NCBI GenBank assembly: GCA_035502455.1
Contig: DATJUI010000014.1
Location: forward strand, 6,365 to 70,364
DNA length: 64,000 nt
Direction of reading: 5' to 3'
DNA from: Thermoplasmata archaeon
Lineage (GTDB): Archaea; Thermoplasmatota; Thermoplasmata; Lutacidiplasmatales; UBA184
Within the stretch, counting starts at the first letter, position 1; the number at the start of each line of letters is the position of its first letter. A program made the position numbers and the translations under genes. The notes beneath the pieces were generated by a model, which worked only from the letters and a program-made list of their open reading frames with translations, made no database searches and was not told the DNA's origin. Below are positions 9,807 through 20,144 of this stretch, one piece after another.

Positions 9807-11312
9807 ATGGCTCCCGCCTTCTCCCGCCCCCTCTCGGCGATCGAGATGGCGGTGGTCGAGCAGAACGCGGTCGCGCGCGGCGTCACGCTCGACGCGCTGA
9901 TGGAGAACGCGGGCCGGGCCGCGGCGGAGGAGGCGGTCCGGCACCTGCCGCCCGCGCCCGCCCGGGTCGCCGTCGTCGCCTCCACGGGGAACAACGGGGG
10001 CGACGGGACGTGCGCCGCCCACTACCTGCTCCAGTTCGGGTTCCAGCCCGAGGTCTGGCTCGTCCGTCCGCCGAGCGAGATCCGGTCGGGACCGGCGCTG
10101 CGCTGCTTCGAGCGGATCGCCGACCAGCTGCCGGTCCACGTCGGCGTCCCCGCTCCCGACGAGCTCCGGGCGTTCCCGCTCGTGCTCGACGCGCTGCTGG
10201 GCACGGGGCAGTCCGGCCCCCTGCGACCGCCGATCCGCGACGCCGTCGACGCCGTCCGACAGAGCGGGGCGCCGACGCTGGCGATCGACCTTCCGACAGG
10301 GACGGGGGACCCGCACGGGCTGCGGCCCCGGTGGACCGTGACGCTGACGGTCGTGAAGCGCGAGATGGACGCGGCGACCGCGGGCGAGGTCACCGTGCGC
10401 GACATCGGCATCCCGACGGAGGCCTGGGCCGCGACCGGCCCGGGGGAGTTCCTGTTCTTCCGGCCCCCCGATCCCCGTTCGGCACGGGGGCGGGCGGGGC
10501 GACTGATCGTCATCGGGGGCGGCCCGTACGCGGGCGCCCCGGCGCTCGCGGCCCTCTCCGCCCTGCGCTCGGGCGCCGAGCGGGCGACGGTGCTGGCCCC
10601 GGCCGGGGCGGCCGAGCGGATCCAGGGGTTCAGTCCCAACCTCATCGTCGTGCCGTTCGGGGTCGAGCGGTTCCGGCCGACCGACGTCGACGAGCTGCTC
10701 GCGTTCGTTCGGTCCGGCCGACCGAGCGCGATCGCGGTCGGGATGGGGGCGGGCGCCCACCCCGAGACGGTCCAGGCGCTGGGGGCGGTCGAGCGGGCGC
10801 TGGCGGGCGAGCTCCCCCTGGTCGTCGACGCGGACGGGCTCGCCGCCCTCCCGCGGCCCGAGGAGCTCCCCGCGGCGGCGACGCCGACCTCGATCGTGGC
10901 GACGCCGAACGCGGGCGAGTTCGTGCGGTACTTCCACGGGCCCCGGGAGGCGACCGGCGACGCGCGGCGGGAAGCGGCCCGGTCCGCCGCCGCCGCGCGT
11001 CGGCTCACGCTCGTGGTGAAGGGACCGACCGACCTGATCACGGACGGCGCGGACCTGTTCGAGAACCCGCACCACACTGCGGCGATGACCGTCGGCGGGC
11101 TCGGCGACGTGCTGGCCGGCGTGCTCGCGAGCCAGCTCGCCCAGGGGGTCCCGGCCCTCCACGCGGCCCGACTGGCGACCTACTGGGTCGGGGAAGCGGG
11201 GTTGAGAGCCGCGGCGACGCAGGGCTGGGGCCTCGTCGCGACCGACGTGATCGAGCGGCTGCCGACCGCGCTCGCGGAGGGCGCGGGGCACGCCCGACCC
11301 GAGAGCGGGTAG
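9807..11312 (+). CDS. nnr: Bifunctional NAD(P)H-hydrate epimerase/dehydratase (YjeF)
   Basis: LMENAG, GNNGGDG, DALLGTG, IGGGPYAGAP, VVDADG, MTVGGLGDVLAG. Confidence 0.92.
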   Translation: MAPAFSRPLSAIEMAVVEQNAVARGVTLDALMENAGRAAAEEAVRHLPPAPARVAVVASTGNNGGDGTCAAHYLLQFGFQPEVWLVRPPSEIRSGPALRCFERIADQLPVHVGVPAPDELRAFPLVLDALLGTGQSGPLRPPIRDAVDAVRQSGAPTLAIDLPTGTGDPHGLRPRWTVTLTVVKREMDAATAGEVTVRDIGIPTEAWAATGPGEFLFFRPPDPRSARGRAGRLIVIGGGPYAGAPALAALSALRSGAERATVLAPAGAAERIQGFSPNLIVVPFGVERFRPTDVDELLAFVRSGRPSAIAVGMGAGAHPETVQALGAVERALAGELPLVVDADGLAALPRPEELPAAATPTSIVATPNAGEFVRYFHGPREATGDARREAARSAAAARRLTLVVKGPTDLITDGADLFENPHHTAAMTVGGLGDVLAGVLASQLAQGVPALHAARLATYWVGEAGLRAAATQGWGLVATDVIERLPTALAEGAGHARPESG

Positions 11313-11342
11313 GCGCGAGCGTCCCAAACCGCCGTCGAGCGC

Positions 11343-12005
11343 CTACGCGTACCGGACCCGTCCGCGGATCGCCTTCGCGCGGGTGCGGACGTCCTTCTGC
11401 CCCGCCGGATGGCCCTCGGCATACCCTTCGTGGAAGGCGCGGATCAGCGCCTCCGCCTTCGGATGGAGCGCCTTCAGGTCCTCCTCCACGAGGTGGAGGT
11501 CGATCCCGAGCTCCTCCACGCCCGGGCTCCGCGAGCCCATCGACAGATCGACGAGCGCGGGCGCGCCGGACGGGCCGTCGGGATACAGGACGTTCGAGCT
11601 CGTGAGGTCGCCGTGCGAGATGCCCGCGGCGTGGAGCTTCCCGAGCACCGTCCCGAACGCGCGGACCGCCGATCGGAGCTGCTCCGGGGGGAGGGCCGGA
11701 TCCTCGAGGAGCTGCTTGAGCGTGGGCCCGGGGAGCTCCTCCAGGATCAGGCGGTGGCGGGGGAGGTCGACGTCGTACAGGATCGGGGTCCGCACGCCCG
11801 CGCGACGGGCGTCGACGAGCAGACGGACCTCGGTCCGGGTGCGCTCGCGGCGGAGCCGGTCGTCGAGCGCCTTCGGCCGGTAGTTCTTCGCGTCCCGCTC
11901 CTTGAGGAGGGCCGGGAACCCCCACCAGTCCACGCGACGGAGCGACGCTTCCGCCCCCCGCGCGATCGGCGGGCCGGCCTCGTCGCGCTCCGCGGGGTCC
12001 CCCAT
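11343..12005 (-). CDS. bud32: KEOPS complex kinase/ATPase Bud32
   Basis: RGAEA, LKER..KNYRP..LD.RLRRERT..E, HGDLTSSN, VDLSMG; GGAGG upstream of ATG. Confidence 0.92.
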   Translation of the reverse strand: MGDPAERDEAGPPIARGAEASLRRVDWWGFPALLKERDAKNYRPKALDDRLRRERTRTEVRLLVDARRAGVRTPILYDVDLPRHRLILEELPGPTLKQLLEDPALPPEQLRSAVRAFGTVLGKLHAAGISHGDLTSSNVLYPDGPSGAPALVDLSMGSRSPGVEELGIDLHLVEEDLKALHPKAEALIRAFHEGYAEGHPAGQKDVRTRAKAIRGRVRYA

Positions 12006-12152
12006 CCGTCCTCCGCCCGGTCTCCCCGAGGGCGACCGGGTCCGCTCGCGACGGGGGGCCGCGCTATAAGCGGACCGGTCGCGCGCGCCCGCCGGCGGTC
12101 GGCGGCCGACTCCGTTATGAGGGCCTCCGCGCGTCGGCCGGTCGGAGCGACG

Positions 12153-12938
12153 ATGCCCGAGGGGGAGCTGGTCGGCCGGAAGAGCGAAGTCGACGGGGTC
12201 GAGATCCTCGTGCTGAAGCATCCGCCCGTGAACGCGCTCAGCACGGCCCTGCTGGCCGACCTCGACCGGCAGCTCACGTCGATCGAATTGGACCCCAAGG
12301 TCCGGGCCGTGATCGTCTCGGGCGAGGGGCAGTACTTCAGCGCCGGCGCCGACCTCAAGGAGATGGCGACGCTCGACCTCGCGAACGCGCCCCGGGTCGT
12401 CCGCCAGGGCCACGCGCTGTTCGGGCGGATCGCGAGCTGCCGGGCGCCCGTGATCGCGGCGATCAACGGGCTCGCCCTGGGGGGAGGGCTCGAGCTCGCG
12501 CTCGCCTGCGACCTGCGGATCGCGGGGGAGTCGGCGAAGCTCGGCGCCCCCGAGGTCAACTACGGCCTGATGCCCGCGTACGGCGGGACCCAACGGCTCC
12601 CCCGCACGGTCGGGGTGCCGAAGGCGAAGGAGCTCATCTTCACGGGCGCGATGATCTCCGCGGCCGAGGCGCTGCGGATCGGGCTCGTCAACAAGCTGGT
12701 CCCCGCCGGCCAGGAGCTGCGCGCGGCGCGCGACCTCGCCCACGCGATCGCGCAGAAGGCGCCCCGCGCGGTCCAGGCGTCGAAGCGGGCGATCCAGGAC
12801 GGGATCGCGCGCCCGCTGGCGGAGGGGATCGAGGGGGAGACCCGGCTGTTCGAGACCGAGGTGCTGACGAGCACGGACCTCGCGGAGGGGATCGTCGCCT
12901 TCGCCGAGCGCCGCCCGCCGAAGTTCACGGGGGCGTGA
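12153..12938 (+). CDS. Enoyl-CoA hydratase/isomerase
   Basis: PVNAL, FSAGADLKE, ALGGGLELALACD, PEVNYGLMPAYGGTQRL. Confidence 0.93.
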   Translation: MPEGELVGRKSEVDGVEILVLKHPPVNALSTALLADLDRQLTSIELDPKVRAVIVSGEGQYFSAGADLKEMATLDLANAPRVVRQGHALFGRIASCRAPVIAAINGLALGGGLELALACDLRIAGESAKLGAPEVNYGLMPAYGGTQRLPRTVGVPKAKELIFTGAMISAAEALRIGLVNKLVPAGQELRAARDLAHAIAQKAPRAVQASKRAIQDGIARPLAEGIEGETRLFETEVLTSTDLAEGIVAFAERRPPKFTGA

Positions 12939-14134
12939 CCGTGCCGATCGAGTTCGAGTTCACCGCCGACCAGGAGGCGTTCCGGTCCGCGGCGCGCGCC
13001 TTCCTCCAGAAGGAGGTCGCCCCGATCGTCGCGGAGATGGACGAGACCGAGACGTTCCCGGCGGCGACCGTCCGTCGCATGCAGGAGGAGGGATACTTCG
13101 GCATCCCGATCCCCGAGGAGTACGGGGGCCTCGGGCTCGGCAAGGTCGGCTACTGCCTGTTCCTCGAGGAGCTCGGGAGGGTCGACGCGTCGCACGGCAC
13201 GATCGTCGGCGCCCACACGTCGCTCGGCACGACCCCGCTGCTCTACTACGGGACCGAGGAGCAGAAGCAGCGGTGGCTCGTCCCCGCGGCGAAGGGGGAG
13301 AAGCTGCTCGCGTTCAGCCTCACCGAACCGGGGTCGGGGAGCGACTCGGGCGCGGTGCACACGGTCGCGGAGCGGCAGGGCGACCGATGGGTCGTCACCG
13401 GCACCAAGATCTACGTCTCGAACGGCCGCGAGGCCGACACGGTCATCCTGATGGCGGCGAACGACGCGAAGCTCGGCCCGAACGGCGGGGTGACCGCCTT
13501 CGTCGTCGACACGAACCTCCCCGGGTTCAAGGTCGGCCGCTCCGAGAAGAAGATGGGGCTCCACGGCACCTCCACCGCCGAGCTGATCCTCGACCACGTG
13601 GAGCTCGGGCCCGAACGGGTGCTCGGCGAGGTCGGCAAGGGGTTCCACGCCGCGATGACGGCGCTCGACGTGGGCCGCGTCTCGCTCGGGGCCGCGAGCC
13701 TCGGCGGCATGGAAGCGGCGTGCGCCGAGGCGCTCGCCTTCGCCCAGAACCGCACGCAGTTCGGGCTGCCGATCAGCGAGTACGAGGCGATCCAGTTCAA
13801 GCTCGCCGACATGGCGATGCTGATCCACGCGCTCCGCTACATGGTCTACCACGCCGCGGCCCGGCAGGACCGGCTGGGGACCGACCCGAAGCGGTGGACC
13901 CGGCTTCAACGCCAGGAAAAGACCCGCGAGGCGGCGACCGTGAAGTGCCTCGCGTCGGAGTGGGCGAGCGCGGTGATCGACGAGGCGCTCCAGATCCACG
14001 GCGGGCTCGGCTACATCCGGGGGACGCCGATCGAGCGCGCCTACCGCGACGCCCGCATCAGCGAGATCTTCGAGGGGACGAACGAGATCCAGCGGCTCGT
14101 CGTCGCCCGCGACCTCATGGCGCGGGGGCTGTAG
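12935..14134 (+). CDS. Acyl-CoA dehydrogenase
   Basis: FSLTEPGSGSD, GTKIYVSN, QIHGGLGY, RDARISEIFEGTNEIQR. Confidence 0.95.
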   Translation: MTVPIEFEFTADQEAFRSAARAFLQKEVAPIVAEMDETETFPAATVRRMQEEGYFGIPIPEEYGGLGLGKVGYCLFLEELGRVDASHGTIVGAHTSLGTTPLLYYGTEEQKQRWLVPAAKGEKLLAFSLTEPGSGSDSGAVHTVAERQGDRWVVTGTKIYVSNGREADTVILMAANDAKLGPNGGVTAFVVDTNLPGFKVGRSEKKMGLHGTSTAELILDHVELGPERVLGEVGKGFHAAMTALDVGRVSLGAASLGGMEAACAEALAFAQNRTQFGLPISEYEAIQFKLADMAMLIHALRYMVYHAAARQDRLGTDPKRWTRLQRQEKTREAATVKCLASEWASAVIDEALQIHGGLGYIRGTPIERAYRDARISEIFEGTNEIQRLVVARDLMARGL

Positions 14135-15836
14135 CCGGGGGCGGCGCCGTCGTCTCCTCCCGGAGGACGCGGCGCAGCACCTTCTGGACCCCGCTGCGCG
14201 GCAGGCTGTCCCGGAACTCGACCGTGCGCGGGGCCTTGTAGTGCGCGAGGCGCTCGCGGACGAACCCGATCAGCTCGTCGGCGGTGACGGTCCCGCCGGC
14301 CTTGCGGACGACGAACGCCTTCACGACCTCGCCGAGCTCCGGGTCGGGGACGCCGATCACGGCCGCGTCGGCGACCGCGGGGTGCTGGAAGAGGACCTCT
14401 TCGACGTCCCGCGGGTAGACCTTGAGCCCGCCCACGTCGATCATGTCCTTCTTCCGGTCGACGATGTACGCGTAGCCGTCGGCGTCGAGGCGGGCGATGT
14501 CGCCCGTCCGGAACCACCCGTCCGACAGGACCGCCGCCGTCTCCTCGGGCTGGCCGAAGTAGCCGAGCATCACCTGGGGTCCCCGCACCGCCAGCTCGCC
14601 GACCTCGCCGACCGGAAGGACCCGCGTGCCGGTCTCGAGGTCGACCACCCGTTGGTCGGTGTTCGGGAGCGGGAGGCCGATCGAGCCCGCCCGCCGCTCG
14701 CCGACGACGGGGTTGGCGTGCGTGGCCGGCGACGTCTCGCTGAGCCCGTATCCCTCGATGATCTTCCCCCCGGTGAGCTCCTCGAACCGGCGCGCGACCT
14801 CGACGGGCAGCGGCGCCGAGCCGCTGAGGCAGAAGCGGATCGACCGGATCCGGTGCCGGGCGATGTCCGGCTGGTGGATGAACGCATGGTAGAGCGCGGG
14901 CACCCCGGGGAACTGGGTCGGCTGGTACCGGTCGATCAGCTTGAGGAGCTCCCGGATCTCGGGCCGCGTCTGCATCACCACCGCGCCGCCCATCCTCAGC
15001 GGCAGCAGCAGCGCGACCGTGAGCCCGTAGATGTGGAAGAACGGGATGGAGGCGAGCGCGACCTCCCGCCCGGGCGTCTTCACCGTGTCCCAGGCCTCGA
15101 GCTGGACGACGTTCGCGACGAGGTTGCGGTGGGAGAGCATCGCGGCCTTCGCCCGGCCGGTCGTCCCGCCCGTGTACTGGAAGACGGCGACGGTGGTCGC
15201 CGGGTCCCGGTGGAGGGACGGCACCGTGCCGGGGGTCCGGAGGGCGGTCCGGAACGAGCGGACGGACGGATCCGTGGGGACGGTGGTGGGGAGTCCCTGG
15301 CGGCGCAGCACCCCGTTGACGAAAGGCCGCACGTAGAACGGGTACTGGTCCTTCGTGCGCGCGACGAACGCGAGCGGGATCGGGGCCGCGTCCCGCACCT
15401 GAGCGAGGTTCGGGTACAGCAGCTCGAGCGTGACGATCGCCTTCGGGCCGGAGTCCCGGATCAGCCGCGAGAGGTCCTGCCCGATGTAGAGCGGGCTGAT
15501 CTGGACGACGACCGCGCCCAGGCGGAGGATGCCGAACAGGGCGATCGGGTAGACCGGGCAGTTGGGGAGGTAGACGGCGACCCGGTCCCCCTCGCGGATC
15601 CCCTCGCGGGCGAGGGCGGCGGCGAACCGCTCGCTCGCCGTCCAGAACTCGCGGTAGCTGAGGTGCGTTCCGTAGTACAGCAGCGCGGGCCGGTCGGCGT
15701 AGCGATCGACGCTCGCTTGGACCAGCTCCGGGAGCAGCAGCTCCGGCACCTCGACCGTGGGGGGAACGCCCGCCGGGTACTTCTTCCGCCAGACGCGGTC
15801 CGGCTCCGAGGTCGGGGTCGCCATGGGGCCCGTCAC
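14115..15836 (-). CDS. Long-chain fatty acid--CoA ligase
   Basis: QYTGGTTGRAK, EGYGLSE, FRTGD, DRKKDMI. Confidence 0.93.
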   Translation of the reverse strand: MTGPMATPTSEPDRVWRKKYPAGVPPTVEVPELLLPELVQASVDRYADRPALLYYGTHLSYREFWTASERFAAALAREGIREGDRVAVYLPNCPVYPIALFGILRLGAVVVQISPLYIGQDLSRLIRDSGPKAIVTLELLYPNLAQVRDAAPIPLAFVARTKDQYPFYVRPFVNGVLRRQGLPTTVPTDPSVRSFRTALRTPGTVPSLHRDPATTVAVFQYTGGTTGRAKAAMLSHRNLVANVVQLEAWDTVKTPGREVALASIPFFHIYGLTVALLLPLRMGGAVVMQTRPEIRELLKLIDRYQPTQFPGVPALYHAFIHQPDIARHRIRSIRFCLSGSAPLPVEVARRFEELTGGKIIEGYGLSETSPATHANPVVGERRAGSIGLPLPNTDQRVVDLETGTRVLPVGEVGELAVRGPQVMLGYFGQPEETAAVLSDGWFRTGDIARLDADGYAYIVDRKKDMIDVGGLKVYPRDVEEVLFQHPAVADAAVIGVPDPELGEVVKAFVVRKAGGTVTADELIGFVRERLAHYKAPRTVEFRDSLPRSGVQKVLRRVLREETTAPPPATAPAP

Positions 15837-16246
15837 GCCGACGTCCCGGCGTCGGACTCCTTGACGAACTGCACGCCCGGCTTATAGCCCGGGTGGAAGC
15901 GGACCCGGTCCCCGATCGCGAGCTGCGTCGGGTCGCGGACCGTCGGCATCCAGCCGGTCACGCGACCGCCCCCGTCGAGCTCGACGACGACGTAGGCGTA
16001 CGGCGCATCGTTGAGGAAGTCGTCGCCGGGGACGGAGAGGATGGTGTACGCCACCACCGCGCCCGTGGGCGGAAGGTCGCGATCGACGTACTCGGAGCGA
16101 CCGCACCGGGGGCACGCGAGCCCCCAGGTCGCGGTCACGAGGCCGCAGTGGGCGCATCGGAAGCCCCGGAGGCGGCCGTTCTCCTCGTAGCCGCGGAACC
16201 AATCGGCGACGGTGTGCGGCGCGGCCGGGAGCTCGTCGGCGGGCAC
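15833..16246 (-). CDS. DUF35 Zn-ribbon/OB-fold protein (thiolase partner)
   Basis: CAHCG...CPRCG, then OB-fold PYAYVVVELDGG; follows thiolase. Confidence 0.9.
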   Translation of the reverse strand: MPADELPAAPHTVADWFRGYEENGRLRGFRCAHCGLVTATWGLACPRCGRSEYVDRDLPPTGAVVAYTILSVPGDDFLNDAPYAYVVVELDGGGRVTGWMPTVRDPTQLAIGDRVRFHPGYKPGVQFVKESDAGTSA

Positions 16247-16254
16247 GGCGACGC

Positions 16255-17409
16255 CTACCGGCGGGCGAAGATGTGGACCGAGCAGGAGCCGCCCGTCGCC
16301 CCCACGTTGTGCGTCAGCGCCGTGCCGGTCCGCGGCACTTCGCGACCCTTCGCGAGCCCGTTGAACTGTTCGAACACCTCCACGACCTGCGAGGCCCCGG
16401 TGGCGCTGACGGGATGGCCCTTCGCCTTGAGGCCGCCGGACGGGTTGACCGGCAGCTTGCCGTCGCGCGCGGTCGTCCCCTCGAGCTCCTCGGCGCCCGC
16501 CGTCCCGCGGGGGAAGAACCCGAGGTCCTCGAGGGCCATCACCTCGGCGATCGTGAAGCAGTCGTGAACCTCGAGAAAATCGATCTCCTTCGGCCCGAGC
16601 CGCGCCTGGCGGAACGCCTTCTCGGCCGCTGCCCGCGACGCGGGCAGCCCGAGGAGGTCCGGGCGGTCCTGCATCTCGGTGATCGAGCCGGTCCGCACCG
16701 AGGCCCGCACCACGAGAGGCTCGGACGCGGGGGCCGGCATCGCCTCCTTGGCCGCCACGACGACCGCGGCCGCTCCGTCGGAGAACGGGCAGCAGTCGTA
16801 GAGGCGGAGCGGCGAGGCGATCATCGGCGAGGCGAGGTACGTCTCCATCGAGATCTCCTTCTGGAAATGGGCGTGCGGGTTGCGCGCGGCGTTCGCGTGG
16901 TTCTTGATCGCGATCGAACCGAACATCTCGGGTCGCGTCGGGAACTTGTGCTGGTACGCGCTCGCCAACGTCGCGTAGAGGCCCGGGAACGTGGCGCCGT
17001 TCCTCGTCTCGAACGGATAGTCGGCGGCGATCGCGAAGTAGCTCGTGGCCGCGAGGGTGTCGAGATGGGACAGCTTCTCGGCGCCGACCACGAGGACGGC
17101 GTCGGCGAACCCGCCCGCGACGTGGACGAACGCCTCGTGGAGCCCCGCGCTCGACGACGAGCAGGCCGACTCCACGGTCGCGGACGGTACCTCGGGGATC
17201 CCGAGACCGCCGTTGATGAGGGGCCCGATGTGGGCCTGGTGCTCGGAGATCCCGAAGGCGTTCGAGACGAAGGTGTAGTCGATGTCCTTCGGCTCGAGCC
17301 CGGCCGAACGGATCGCCTCCAGCGAGACGCGCGTGGCGGCCTCCCGGGTGCTCTCCTTCATCTTGCCGAAGCGGTTCGACGCCGCCCCGACGACCCAGGT
17401 CTCGCGCAT
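16255..17409 (-). CDS. Archaeal thiolase (acetyl-CoA acetyltransferase, SCP2-thiolase type)
   Basis: VESACSSS, KNHANA, CCPFSDGAAA, EVHDCF, NPSGGLKAKGHPVSATG. Confidence 0.93.
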   Translation of the reverse strand: MRETWVVGAASNRFGKMKESTREAATRVSLEAIRSAGLEPKDIDYTFVSNAFGISEHQAHIGPLINGGLGIPEVPSATVESACSSSSAGLHEAFVHVAGGFADAVLVVGAEKLSHLDTLAATSYFAIAADYPFETRNGATFPGLYATLASAYQHKFPTRPEMFGSIAIKNHANAARNPHAHFQKEISMETYLASPMIASPLRLYDCCPFSDGAAAVVVAAKEAMPAPASEPLVVRASVRTGSITEMQDRPDLLGLPASRAAAEKAFRQARLGPKEIDFLEVHDCFTIAEVMALEDLGFFPRGTAGAEELEGTTARDGKLPVNPSGGLKAKGHPVSATGASQVVEVFEQFNGLAKGREVPRTGTALTHNVGATGGSCSVHIFARR

Positions 17410-17447
17410 CCCCGAACGATCTCCGACGACCTAGTGCGGCCGCGGGC

Positions 17448-17747
17448 TTAACGTGAACGCCGTTCCGAGGTCGCGGGCGCCTCCCACGGCAGCCCGAGCG
17501 TCCCGGCCAGCCGTTCGAACGTCCGCTGCGCGAGCGCCGGGTCCCGGGTCTTCACGAGGATCTTGCCGTTCCGACTGATCGTCGTCTCGGGGTCCGACCC
17601 CACGATCAGCATCACCCGCGCGTCGATGACCGGGACCCCGTCCCGGGCGAGCGTCGCCCGCACCCGGCCGAGATCGAGCGGGCGGGGCGGCTCGGGGATC
17701 GCCTCGTACGCCCCCTGGCTCGAGCAGAGCTTGAGCTGCCGATACAT
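17448..17747 (-). CDS. Small protein resembling the C-terminal domain of MoeB/ThiF proteins
   Basis: KLCSSQGAYEAIP...LDL...TISRNGKILVKT resembles the LCGR.AVQ...LDL...F.DGR.LI.GT pattern; recalled similarity only. Confidence 0.5.
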   Translation of the reverse strand: MYRQLKLCSSQGAYEAIPEPPRPLDLGRVRATLARDGVPVIDARVMLIVGSDPETTISRNGKILVKTRDPALAQRTFERLAGTLGLPWEAPATSERRSR

Positions 17748-17781
17748 GCGCGGGGCCGTCCGGGCCGAGCCGTGCCGGAGC

Positions 17782-18339
17782 TTACGCGGTGAGCGGAGCC
17801 CCGCACTTCGCGCAGAACGTGGCGTTCGGTGCGTTGGGGGACCCGCACGAGGAGCAGAACTTCTGTCCCTGGCCGGGGGCGAGGGGGGCGCCGCCCGCGG
17901 GGGGCGGCGCGGCCGCCGCCGTCGGCTGGCCCCAGGCGGCCCCCGTGCCCGGCTGGCCCCACTGGCCGCCCGTCATCGGGGCCGGGGGCGCCTTCCACAC
18001 CAGCGCGAGGATCCCGCCGATCAGCCCGAGGATCAGGCCGATGAAGAAGCCGCTGCCGCCGACGAAGGAGAGGAGCGACAGGATGAGGATGATCGCCCCC
18101 CACGTCTTCGAGCTCGATGGGTGGGTGCGCAGCTGGACCGCCCCGTAGATGATGATCACGCCGAAGATCAGCGCGACCGCCCCGAGGGCCGCGACGGCGG
18201 CTCCTGCGACGCCGAGGCCGGCGAAGACGCTGCCGACGAGCGCGCCGACGGCGATGTAGACGAGTCCGCTCAGGATGATGAAGATCCCGGCGATCAGGCT
18301 CAGGATGTGCGCCCCGCTCGGATAGCTGGCGTCCGCCAT
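17782..18339 (-). CDS. Membrane protein (DUF6114-like) with C-terminal zinc ribbon
   Basis: Four hydrophobic helices, GGSGFFIGLILGLIGGILAL, Pro/Gly linker, FCSSCGS...FCAKCG. Confidence 0.75.
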   Translation of the reverse strand: MADASYPSGAHILSLIAGIFIILSGLVYIAVGALVGSVFAGLGVAGAAVAALGAVALIFGVIIIYGAVQLRTHPSSSKTWGAIILILSLLSFVGGSGFFIGLILGLIGGILALVWKAPPAPMTGGQWGQPGTGAAWGQPTAAAAPPPAGGAPLAPGQGQKFCSSCGSPNAPNATFCAKCGAPLTA

Positions 18340-18379
18340 GGTCCCGCGGAGAGAGTCGCCGGTATAAGAACGGCAGGTC

Positions 18380-19006
18380 TCACAGGACGAGCGCGCGCCG
18401 GACGCAGTCGTCGACGATCTGGTCGACGTCCAGCACCGTCTCTTCGCGCTCGATCTGCACGAGGTTCGAGCGGGTCGCGGGCCGATCCGGGACCGCCTGG
18501 CAGCACAGGCCCGGTCGCGTCGAGATCTCGTAGGTGCCGATCGACTTCGCGACCGCCTCGATCTCCTGCTTGTCGAACCCGATCAGGGGCCGGACGATCG
18601 GCAGGCCCACCGCGGCGGTCGCGCTCCGCATGTTGGGGAGCGTCTGCGACGCGACCTGGCCGAGCGCCTCGCCCGTGGCGAGGAACGTCGCGCCCTCCCG
18701 TTCGGCGATCCGCTGGGCGGAGCGCCACATGAACCGCCGGCACAGGATGCAGCCGACGTGCCGGTCGGTGTTGCGCATGAGCGTGATCTGCGTCGGGCCG
18801 TGGGGCAGCACGTAGAGCGGGATCGCTTGGTGGTAGCGGGTCCGAAGCAGCTGCAGGTGGTCGACGACCTTCGTCAGCGGAGAGTCGTCGGTGAACGGCC
18901 GGTTGTCCATGTGCACGGCCAGCACCTCGTGCCCCTGGCGCAGCAGGTAGTGGATCGCGACGGGGGAGTCGATCCCGCCGCTCATCAGCATCACGCCCCG
19001 CGCCAT
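18380..19006 (-). CDS. thiI: ThiI-like PP-loop sulfurtransferase, catalytic domain only
   Basis: MSGGIDSPVA PP-loop, CILCRR, TGEALGQVASQTLPN, RPLIGFDKQEI, GLCC; no THUMP domain. Confidence 0.8.
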   Translation of the reverse strand: MARGVMLMSGGIDSPVAIHYLLRQGHEVLAVHMDNRPFTDDSPLTKVVDHLQLLRTRYHQAIPLYVLPHGPTQITLMRNTDRHVGCILCRRFMWRSAQRIAEREGATFLATGEALGQVASQTLPNMRSATAAVGLPIVRPLIGFDKQEIEAVAKSIGTYEISTRPGLCCQAVPDRPATRSNLVQIEREETVLDVDQIVDDCVRRALVL

Positions 19007-19109
19007 GGAAGCTCCGGAGCCCGGTCCGTCTATATAGGGGTGCGCCGCCGCGGGTCGGCGCGACCCGTCGGGTCGGCGGCGTTAAGTCCCGAACCCCGTC
19101 CCCCCGACG

Positions 19110-19922
<813 letters not shown>

Positions 19923-19968
19923 ACGTCGCGCGGGGAGCTTATCTCCTCGAAGACCCATCGTCGGCGAG

Positions 19969-20142
19969 ATGTCGGCGCCGGCCCCTCCCGACCTCGCCCA
20001 GCGAATCGCGCAGCTCGAGCGCGAGATCCGCGACCTTCGGCTGCGCGTCGCCGACCTCGAGCGACGGCTCGCCCCCCGGCAGGAGCACCCCGAGGACCAG
20101 TCGACCATCCGCGAGAAGGTCGTCTACGACTGGCAGGCGTAG
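19969..20142 (+). CDS. Small coiled-coil protein, 57 aa (absent from ORF track)
   Basis: ATG 19969 to TAG 20142: MSAPAPPDLAQRIAQLEREIRDLRLRVADLERRLAPRQEHPEDQSTIREKVVYDWQA; fills the gap and ends 2 nt before the Nudix GTG. Confidence 0.7.
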   Translation: MSAPAPPDLAQRIAQLEREIRDLRLRVADLERRLAPRQEHPEDQSTIREKVVYDWQA

Positions 20143-20144
20143 CC

